A stretch of DNA of 64,000 bases, from assembly GCA_023412665.1 (NCBI GenBank), contig JAEZCA010000035.1:136633-200632 (forward strand), written 5' to 3'. The notes beneath the pieces are model-generated. The model did no database searches, was not told the origin of the DNA, and was given only the letters and a program-made list of their open reading frames with translations. This document shows, piece by piece, positions 57,097 to 64,000 of the stretch (the stretch's first letter is position 1; each line of letters begins with the position of its first letter). A program made the position numbers and the translations under genes. The DNA is from Bacillota bacterium. GTDB lineage: Bacteria > Bacillota > Clostridia > Acetivibrionales > DTU013.

Positions 57097-57145
57097 GTTT
57101 ATAACGCATCGTTCAAAGAAAAATTTTCGCCATAGGAAAATCACA
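57097..57145 (+). repeat. Intergenic modular repeat, copy E (5' module only)
   Basis: GTTTATAACGCATCGTTCAAAGAAAAATTTTCGCCATAGGAAAATCAC matches the first ~45 nt of copy B and then diverges. Confidence 0.65.
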
Positions 57146-57217
57146 GAGCCTGTTCATCACCAACATTTTATCAATGCTCAGTACCGTGAATTACCGCTAT
57201 CTGCCATTTTTATAGGC

Positions 57218-57246
57218 TTGACATCACAGCCAAATAATTGTACAAT
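57218..57246 (+). promoter_or_regulatory. Sigma-A promoter of tRNA-Arg
   Basis: TTGACA (57218-57223), 17 nt, then TACAAT (57241-57246), ~18 nt before the tRNA 5' end. Confidence 0.7.
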
Positions 57247-57264
57247 TATATTCCGTTGATACAT

Positions 57265-57341
57265 GCGCCCGTAGCTCAGCAGGATAGAGCGTCGGTTTCC
57301 TAAACCGCAGGCCGGACGTTCGAATCGTCTCGGGCGCACCA
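57265..57341 (+). tRNA. tRNA-Arg (anticodon CCU), CCA encoded
   Basis: Cloverleaf: GCGCCCG/CGGGCGC acceptor, GCTC..GAGC D arm, anticodon loop TTCCTAA, GGACG-TTCGAAT-CGTCT T arm, and a 3' ACCA. Confidence 0.9.
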
Positions 57342-57342
57342 A

Positions 57343-57383
57343 CAGCCTCAAGCCTTTCAGGGTTTAAGGCTGTTTTATTTTCT
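57343..57383 (+). terminator. Terminator after tRNA-Arg
   Basis: ACAGCCTCAAGCC-TTTCAGG-GTTTAAGGCTGT (imperfect stem) followed by TTTTATTTT. Confidence 0.55.
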
Positions 57384-57485
57384 GTCAGGCATCGGCTTCT
57401 GCCGACTATTTGACTAATCAAATGCACTATTAATTTATTTGCTCATACTTGAATATAGTCAATAATAACTAACCTAATTCCGAAC

Positions 57486-57551
57486 TTATGTTACCTCTAC
57501 ATCTGGGAGCGATGCTCTGACCTTATCTATTAACGGGGTTCCTTTTCCTGA
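57486..57551 (-). pseudogene. Orphan 3' fragment of an LRR-protein gene
   Basis: The minus strand encodes ...SGKGTPLIDKVRASLPDVEVT*, ~85% identical at the DNA level to the true 3' end at 57685..57756 (...SAEVASLADKARALLPDVEVISR*). No upstream ORF is present. Confidence 0.55.
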
Positions 57552-57605
57552 TGTGCCTCTATAGTCGTCTAATGTTCCTCTAAGCATAGACATTGGAGAT
57601 ATAAT

Positions 57606-57652
57606 AGTACCCGCCACCTGTAGAGGTGTGGGACATCTGCTGCCTCGTTATA
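57606..57652 (+). repeat. Intergenic modular repeat, copy F (3' module, hairpin deleted)
   Basis: AGTACCCGCCAC-CTGT-AGAGGTGTGGGACATCTGCTGCCTCGTTATA aligns with GGTACCCGCCAC...AGAGGTGGGGGACATCTATCAACTCGTTATA of copy B. Confidence 0.65.
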
Positions 57653-57684
57653 AGATAGTCACATGACATTATCCATTACCTTTG

Positions 57685-60144
57685 TTACCGACTTATTACC
57701 TCCACATCCGGGAGCAATGCTCTGGCCTTATCTGCTAATGAGGCCACTTCTGCTGATGGATCGTGAAAGATATCAGAAACAGTAAGCTCCTTCAGCGTTG
57801 AAATTTTTGTAAGTGGTGTCAGGTCGCAGTCATTGGGTAATCGAAGCTCTATTTTTCCAACTTCAACGAAGCGGTTGCAGAAATATCACGGCAATTGGGA
57901 GCACTCAAATAAAGGTTGCCGAGATTAGTGAGTTCCTCTATACCGTCAACATTTGTAAGACCGCCGTGGAACTGTCCTGTTTCACCATCGAATTCGCCAT
58001 CTCCGAACAGGCGCAGGGTCTTTAGTGATTTCAATTGCTTTACTGTCTGGAAGGTATCATCATCGCAAGTAATCTCAAGATATTCAAGCTGCTGCTTTGC
58101 TAATATATTGAAATCGGCGTTTTCAACACTGACCAGACTTAGTTCTTTAAATTCCTGCATCCCCGTAAATACATCCAAATCAACAGTATCAACATGACTT
58201 ATAGCTGCAGACAATAATTTTCTAAGTCCGCGTAAAGGCTCGGAAGATGAAAATTGCTCATTATTGTTCACCGAGACATGCTTCAACTCCATGAGCATAG
58301 AAATCGGAGATATGTCCGTGATGTTGTTTTGCGATAGATCAATATGTCCAAAAGCAATCAGACCCGACACTACCGAAATATCGGATATGTTATCAGCGAC
58401 AAAATGAACTATCCTAAGCCTTTTCAGGCAATCGATGTTCTCAGTATCCTCGAGTGCGGGAATGGATAGGTTTTCTTAATCTCTTCTTCATCTTCTCTGA
58501 TTATCTCTCCCCAGATCTCGATCTTCTCAATGAGCTTGACATCGTCATAGTGAATGTCGCCGCTGGGCTTGTCAAGATATTCACGGATCAGCCATTCAAA
58601 TTCCCCATCCTTCCATTCTATAACATAGTCGTCACGGAACTCTATAGAGCTTGCCTCAACGATACCGAGCTTCCGGCCAATTATCTCATCTCCCGTTTCG
58701 TTATAGACACACCGGAGGATTTCCATGGCCTTATCGTACCAGCCTTCTGCCTCATACGCTTCTGCGATGGCGATATAGCCCTCGATGATCGACTTCTCGA
58801 CACCTTTAAGGGCGTGTGTAAGGTTTTTATTGCCGGTAACTTCAACACCTGCCTTGAGCAGATCAATAGCCTCTTGCTGCTTACACTGTCTTGCGGCAGG
58901 GGAATGCCGTTCAATACATAGTTGAGATTGTCTTGCAGGTCTGAGAGCATATAGCCGCCGTTTATGGTGTAGCTCAGCTCCGATCCGTTAAACTGCGCAT
59001 CTCCGTAGACCTCTCCAAACCCTGGCAAGCGCGATTGAGATGTAGTTATTACTATCATCAGTAATGCGCGTTACTTTCTTGTTTGAGATATCAAAGCCGT
59101 TATCGGCAAACGTGAAATCGCTGACGGCAAAATCGTTCGCCAGTTCCTCTACACCATCTTTCTTTCCATTGACGTTCAGGTAAGCCCGAACGGTCGGGTA
59201 ATTGTCGGAGTTTACACGACTGATGAATATAGAAACCCGCTCATATTTGAGCATATTGTTCAGAAACTGCAAATAGCTCCGACTCAGCACAGAATCCGGC
59301 AGGAAAGTGTCTGCCCGTAAGACTGCGCTAATTGCCTTGGCTATGTCGTCATCGGAAGCAGAGGCATCATAGTACACTGTGCCCAGTTCTATCAATGCAG
59401 TTTTTATTGACGAATTATCGCTAATTTTGTCTTTTCGCTTAATAAGGTCAAGCAAAATCTCACGCACCTTGGATTCGTTACCGGAAGCGGAGTAAAGCTT
59501 GGACAACTGTAACTCAATAACCCCGCTTCGGTCACCGAACATCGGCTTTTGAGCGGTAAGCCAGTTGATTATTCTCTTTGCCCTGACACCGTTCGCTTGC
59601 TTGCGGTATTCAGCTGCTTTGGTGAGGTTTTCATCGCGACGGGGATTTCCTTCGTCGTACTTCCTGGCGGTGTCTTCTGCGTCTTCTGCCTTTTTCAAGA
59701 GCGCGGCGACCTCATTGTCACTATCGTCGTATGTAGTTATACTAATGTCCCTTATCAGCTTCTGTGCTATAACATCTGTGTATAAGACGATATTGTCGAC
59801 GGATTTGTCTGCTTCAAGTAGTTTGCGAGCGTTTTCCTCCGCAGCGTCAAGCCCGCCCATTTCATTGTAGTATTTGACGCAGTAGCGAAGCAACTCTTTG
59901 TCATTAGGCGTTTCCAACATCATTTTGCTCAGTGTCTGCGGATCAATCTCACGGTAGTTGTCGCTGCTGAGCATACGGTCACGCTTGAAACCGGATAGAA
60001 ACTCGACCTCGCTCCGTTTTCAACACCATAAACGGCCGCATAGTAGCGTTCTTCCTTTTCCTGAGCCATCACATTTCGTCCAAACAGTGCGGTCCCCGCG
60101 AAAATAGAAAATGCCAATGGCAGGACAATCGCCGATGCGATCAT
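57685..60144 (-). pseudogene. Decayed gene for a secreted helical-repeat / Ig-like / leucine-rich-repeat protein (at least 5 frame disruptions)
   Basis: Track ORFs 59929..60144 (signal peptide), 58988..59974, 58681..59058, 58424..58726 and 57849..58370 (LRR: HIDLSQNNITDISPI) read as one protein when frames are switched near 60005, 59020, 58900, 58445 and 57850. I checked the continuity by translating across each junction. Confidence 0.6.
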
Positions 60145-60158
60145 CTTCGTAATGCGTA

Positions 60159-60695
60159 ATGGACAATCTTCAAGTACAGGAGTATCTCACGCAGGGCGCG
60201 GTACTTGCGGGGCAAGGCAAGCACGGGGAAGCACTTGCTTACTACGACAAAGCTGAGAGGGAAAACCCAATGAACATAGATGTTTACCTTTCGAAAGGTA
60301 TCGCCTATGCCATCCTCAACAAGCTTAACGAGGCTAAAGAACAGTTCGAGAAAGCTCTGAAGGTCAACCGCACGTCAGGGTTGGCGTACTTCCATTTTGG
60401 GAGCATTGCTCTGTTGCAGGGTGACACTGCGCTTGGCTTTGAGAACTACAATAAAGCAATCGCCACGGCTACGACGATGCGCAGCTGTATTACAGTATAG
60501 GTCTGCTTCACGAGGAAAACGGCGAAGCCGATATGGCTATACGTAACTACTCAAAGGTGATCATGCGATGCACTGCGTCCAGATATTCGTATCCGCAAGG
60601 CACGTTTGTTGCTGCAAGGCAATCACTACCCAGAGGCATTACAGACCTCCGATATGTTTAATCAAGTTTCCAACTACCACAAATGTCACTATTGA
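60159..60695 (+). pseudogene. Frameshifted TPR-repeat protein gene
   Basis: TPR units (GEALAYYDKAERENPMNIDVYLSKGIAY...) continue in other frames after ~60465 (GYDDAQLYYSIGLLHEENGEADMAIRNYSKVI) and ~60570 (DALRPDIRIRKARLLLQGNHYPEAL). Confidence 0.5.
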
Positions 60696-61151
60696 TAATG
60701 AGAGGAAGAATACCCCTATAATTGATAAAACAAGCGTTACCCGTGCTTGCATTTTCTTGTTTTCAGCAAGAGCGTCCTCGTCATTCACAATAACATGATT
60801 GCTTTTTGTACAGCGCAAGCTGAGCATTTTACCTATATCGTTCGAATTAAGCCGGGGGTTGGGCACTTGCGTGGTTCCGATGATTTCTTTTCCTTCCGCA
60901 TAAAATCTTACAACTGGCAATAGACCAGGTGCGTTTTCCATATAGTCCTCGTCATAGCTCGAAGCATTGCAGCGATTTCGGGTTAAAATGTCAAACTCAA
61001 GCACCAATTTACGAAAACAAAGCAATTCTCCGGTAATAACAGAAGAATTATTTGTATTGATTTCATATGACGAGTGAATCAACACTGCAGCGATGATAAA
61101 TACGATCCCCATTACAAGCAAGGATATTGAAACAATTAAGACGATGTCCAT
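60639..61151 (-). CDS. Two-TM membrane protein (DUF3592-like topology)
   Basis: Start ATG 61151 (MDIVLIVSISLLVMGIVFIIAAV) lies behind an AAAGGAGGCAGGAGGG SD. A beta-rich middle region and a C-terminal TM follow. Confidence 0.65.
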   Translation of the reverse strand: MDIVLIVSISLLVMGIVFIIAAVLIHSSYEINTNNSSVITGELLCFRKLVLEFDILTRNRCNASSYDEDYMENAPGLLPVVRFYAEGKEIIGTTQVPNPRLNSNDIGKMLSLRCTKSNHVIVNDEDALAENKKMQARVTLVLSIIGVFFLSLSIVTFVVVGNLIKHIGGL

Positions 61152-61170
61152 TTTCTCCCTCCTGCCTCCT

Positions 61171-61443
61171 TTACGCGGCATAATCGAAGTAAAGATACCT
61201 GCTTCCAAACCCCGTTCCATCGCGTATACCGTACTCGCGTAATGTACGCTCGCCACGCAAACGAGCAATCGGTCGCTCGGCTTTCAGGTAATACTGGCTC
61301 ATATCATCATGCTGCTCCGGCAGGAACATCTTAAATAAAGCTGAGCATGATTCATTTGTTGATATGTCTAGCGGAACATCCAAATCATACACGACTCCTT
61401 GCATGATCAAATTGACAGTGACAATCGCGTTGTTCTGGTTCAT
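61171..61443 (-). CDS. YukD/EsaB-like ubiquitin-fold small protein
   Basis: Start ATG 61443 lies behind a GGGGGG SD. IVTVNLIMQGVVYDLDVPLDIS... and ...LREYGIRDG follow the YukD/EsaB pattern (beta1 - YDLxxP - ... GIxDG), as remembered. Confidence 0.5.
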   Translation of the reverse strand: MNQNNAIVTVNLIMQGVVYDLDVPLDISTNESCSALFKMFLPEQHDDMSQYYLKAERPIARLRGERTLREYGIRDGTGFGSRYLYFDYAA

Positions 61444-61640
61444 TGTAATCCCCCCATTATGAGTTAACATAAGCCCTATAGCTGTCTCGTCTGGGAATCC
61501 GGTATTTGACCTCTACCATAATGAAAATCTACCACTACACCTCGCTCACCATGTGACCCTTGGTAGACCACTGCCAAAGGTTGCTGTTGTAATGCAAACC
61601 AAACCTAATATTCCATATATTAGCATAGGGTGGTATGAGA

Positions 61641-61991
61641 ATGCAAGCAATAATTCCCATAATATGCTCTATTCTGACAGCGTTTAATACCATATATGCA
61701 GTTGCTTATCGTCGCTTCTTAGCTAACTCTGTCATTGACTGGAAAGATACCCTAAAGGCTTTGCTTAGATATGACCTCACCGCGGGCACAGCAACCCTTT
61801 TGCGCGGAGTGTCAAGGTTGGCTAGACATGTTTCATATACATTGCGGATTTGCTATGAATGTATTAATGACCCGATGACTATATCATGCATCAATATCAC
61901 TTTTTACTACAGCGGTTTTGTTGCGCAGTGGGACAACACACCGTATCGTAACCGCCGCAACTACGATAATACCTCCCACCAGCGCCCATAG
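61641..61991 (+). CDS. Doubtful hypothetical ORF
   Basis: N-terminal hydrophobic helix and a weak SD (GGTGG). The 3' third overlaps the EamA gene on the opposite strand. It may be spurious. Confidence 0.2.
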   Translation: MQAIIPIICSILTAFNTIYAVAYRRFLANSVIDWKDTLKALLRYDLTAGTATLLRGVSRLARHVSYTLRICYECINDPMTISCINITFYYSGFVAQWDNTPYRNRRNYDNTSHQRP

Positions 61992-62753
61992 GCCGGGAAC
62001 TTCACCAATGAACAACAGGACCCATACGGGGTTGAGCATAGGTTCAATCACCGGTATCAGGCTGGCCTCAAGTGCAGTGACATGCTTTATCGCCTTAGAG
62101 TACAGGATATAGGGAAGTCCAAGCTGCACTACTCCCAGTACCACAAGGTTTATCCATCCTGCAGTTCCGGGCATATCCGTGAAAACAAATGGTATCCCTA
62201 TAACAGCGGTAATTATGTTTCCTAATAGTACGGATTCAATCGGTGAGCCTTCCTTCTGCATACGCATCAGCACGGTGAAGAAGGCAAAGCATACGCCGCT
62301 GCCTGCGGCAAGCAAATTGCCAAGTACTCCCTCCATGCTCAAGTCATCAACAAAAAACAGGATCATTCCGCCCATAACAACGGCAATTGTCAGCCAATCA
62401 AGCAGCTTTACCCTTTCTTTGAGGAACCAGGCGCTGAGAAAAGCCACATAAACAGGAGCTGTGTATTGTATCAAAATTGCATTGGCGGCTGTAGTATTTT
62501 TTGTAGCCGCTACAAATAGAAGTACCATTCCGGTATAAGACAGTGCTGCACCGATCTGTGCAAACGACCAGTTCAGCTTGGGCTTACCTGTAGCTGCCAG
62601 TATAATGACAGCAGATATACCGCTTCTTACACCTGCTATAGCCATCGGGTTGGTGTCTACAGATTTAATAAGCAGTCCCCCGAGGCTCCACATGATGGCT
62701 GTTATAACAAGAAATACTATTGACTTCGTTCTTTCATTGACAGCAGTTTTCAT
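61884..62753 (-). CDS. EamA/DMT-family transporter
   Basis: 289 aa with ten hydrophobic helices in two homologous halves. Confidence 0.85.
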   Translation of the reverse strand: MKTAVNERTKSIVFLVITAIMWSLGGLLIKSVDTNPMAIAGVRSGISAVIILAATGKPKLNWSFAQIGAALSYTGMVLLFVAATKNTTAANAILIQYTAPVYVAFLSAWFLKERVKLLDWLTIAVVMGGMILFFVDDLSMEGVLGNLLAAGSGVCFAFFTVLMRMQKEGSPIESVLLGNIITAVIGIPFVFTDMPGTAGWINLVVLGVVQLGLPYILYSKAIKHVTALEASLIPVIEPMLNPVWVLLFIGEVPGLWALVGGIIVVAAVTIRCVVPLRNKTAVVKSDIDA

Positions 62754-63051
62754 ATACTATTGCATCACCGTTTCATGAAATGTAGTCCTATTAGTATATA
62801 TTAAAATCAGGAGAAATTGAAGCATATAATATGGGTGTGCAAATTCCCCTAGTTATGGGCATTATTTTTTTGAATTTGTTGAAACTATTCCATAATAAGA
62901 GCACATAATAAGTACATTTATAGAGTTATGGAGACTAATACATAGTACTATGTGCCCAGAAGCCTCAATTTTTGCACACCACGCTCCATCATGTCTAGCA
63001 CCGTTTGTCCTGTTATAAATGTAAAATTTACTATATACATGTATTTTCGTA

Positions 63052-63060
63052 TGGTATAAT
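63052..63060 (+). promoter_or_regulatory. Extended -10 element TGgTATAAT upstream of the PhoH-like gene
   Basis: TGGTATAAT at 63052-63060, ~90 nt upstream of ATG 63151. Confidence 0.4.
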
Positions 63061-63150
63061 TTGAATATAAGCAGTTTTTCTATACTCAGACATCCAGGTT
63101 ATTACGAGCGCAGTTTTTCACAACTTAAGATCAAACAGGAGTGATCACTG

Positions 63151-64000
63151 ATGAAGAACACGAAAAAAACGTTTGTCCTGGACACCAATGTACTTCTGCA
63201 AACCCCCTATGCACTCTTCACCTTCGACGATAACACCATCGTCATTCCCGAAGTCGTACTTGAAGAACTCGATAAATTCAAAAAGGACAATTCTGAATTA
63301 GGAGCAAACGCCAGACAGGTCGCCAGGATCATCGACGGGCTGAGGGAAAAAGGCAACCTGAACAAGGGTATCAAGCTCGATAACGGCGGGACCCTTCGGA
63401 TCGAGATGAACTATCAGGAGGTAAAGCTGCCGGAAAGCTGGGTCGGCAATGTTAATGACAACAGGATCCTGAAGGTATGCAAAGGCCTGCACGAAAAGGG
63501 AGAAAGGGTATTCCTGATATCCAAGGATGTGTTCGCCAGGATCAAGGCGGATGTCCTCGGGATAACAGCCCAGGATTTTTTCAACGAGCAGGCGCCGGTA
63601 TATGATGAGCAGTACAAGGGCCGAATTGACGTATATGCAACCGTGAAGAAGCTGGATGAATTCTACAGCAAGTCGAGGCTTCTGCCGGAGGATGTTTTCT
63701 GCTTTAACACAGTTACAAACCAGAATGCCCCGGTCGAGCTGGTCACCAATCAGTTCCTGGTGATACACTCCAGCTCAAACGACAAACAGACAGCGCTTGC
63801 CCGTTATGACGGCAGGGAGATCGTACCACTGAATTTCATACAGGAGCACCCCTTCGGAATAACGCCAAGAAACGCCGGTCAGAAATTCTTCCAGGAAGCC
63901 CTGATGATGGACGCGCAGAAGGCTCCCCTGGTTATCGCCAAGGGTCCCGCAGGTACAGCCAAGACCTTCTATTCTCTTGCTGTAGGCCTTCACAAGATAC
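63151..64000 (+). CDS. PIN-domain + PhoH-like ATPase (YlaK family), 3' end cut by window edge; absent from the ORF track
   Basis: AGGAG SD and ATG 63151, with the frame open to nt 64000. N-terminal PIN (KTFVLDTNVLLQ...VIPEVVLEELD). The P-loop KGPAGTAKT lies at the window end. Track ORFs 63298..63768 and 63775..63993 are antisense shadows. Confidence 0.88.
   Translation, partial: MKNTKKTFVLDTNVLLQTPYALFTFDDNTIVIPEVVLEELDKFKKDNSELGANARQVARIIDGLREKGNLNKGIKLDNGGTLRIEMNYQEVKLPESWVGNVNDNRILKVCKGLHEKGERVFLISKDVFARIKADVLGITAQDFFNEQAPVYDEQYKGRIDVYATVKKLDEFYSKSRLLPEDVFCFNTVTNQNAPVELVTNQFLVIHSSSNDKQTALARYDGREIVPLNFIQEHPFGITPRNAGQKFFQEALMMDAQKAPLVIAKGPAGTAKTFYSLAVGLHKI

Noticed and set aside
57265-62800. 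Possible integrated mobile element or prophage at tRNA-Arg
   Set aside because: I recognised no integrase, transposase, phage genes or duplicated tRNA 3' end (att). GC content looks similar to the flanks. The region is reported only as locally decayed, not as a defined mobile element.
62831-62908. 25-aa ORF MGVQIPLVMGIIFLNLLKLFHNKST in the EamA/PhoH spacer
   Set aside because: It has no SD at appropriate spacing and no paralog. It is most likely chance, unlike the P1-P3 peptides, which have consensus SDs.
63298-63993. Two minus-strand track ORFs (156 aa and 72 aa)
   Set aside because: They are antisense to a clear PIN-PhoH (YlaK-like) gene. That gene runs off the window end and was therefore missing from the track.

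Overview
This window is a Firmicutes/Clostridia-type chromosomal segment. Evidence for that placement: Bacillus-like synteny, strong GGAGG ribosome-binding sites, and several SLH cell-wall-anchored proteins. Most of it is housekeeping. The 5' third carries SRP RNA-dnaX-ybaB-recR, then a DUF2089/DUF4097 pair, then prfA, a ZIP transporter, tsaC(sua5), an LMW phosphatase, rpiB, upp, dCMP deaminase, a WecA/TagO-like transferase and wecB. The main accessory block (19.7-32.8 kb, minus strand) is a Tad/Flp-type pilus operon: a PilZ gene upstream, then a CpaE-like ATPase, CpaF, TadB, TadC and Flp pilin. Its distal half is atypical, encoding an FHA-domain membrane protein, an SLH-like protein and a 1605-aa secreted giant. 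I see no prepilin peptidase or minor pilins in the window. A sharply AT-rich ~1.1 kb patch spans the junction of the last two genes. Further along are three unannotated small hydrophobic-peptide genes (33.0-33.8 kb), an SLH-transglutaminase protein, and HelD next to a SWIM-SNF2 helicase. After these come an ABC-2 exporter with a NarL-type two-component system and two GNAT genes (one fused to a cytidine/blasticidin-S-deaminase-like domain), then aminopeptidase, PepF and NagB. The window ends with a 10x FN3 SLH protein, tRNA-Arg(CCU), a decayed region of frameshifted LRR/TPR genes, a YukD/EsaB-like small protein, an EamA transporter and a 3'-truncated PIN-PhoH (YlaK-like) gene that the ORF track misses. 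At smaller scale, a modular, hairpin-bearing intergenic repeat family recurs at six or more loci in this window. There is also one orphan promoter-terminator unit (candidate sRNA) and tandem terminator-like 63-64 nt repeats. No CRISPR array, rRNA, transposase or integrase was seen. All functional calls rest on motif recognition by eye; no database search was possible.
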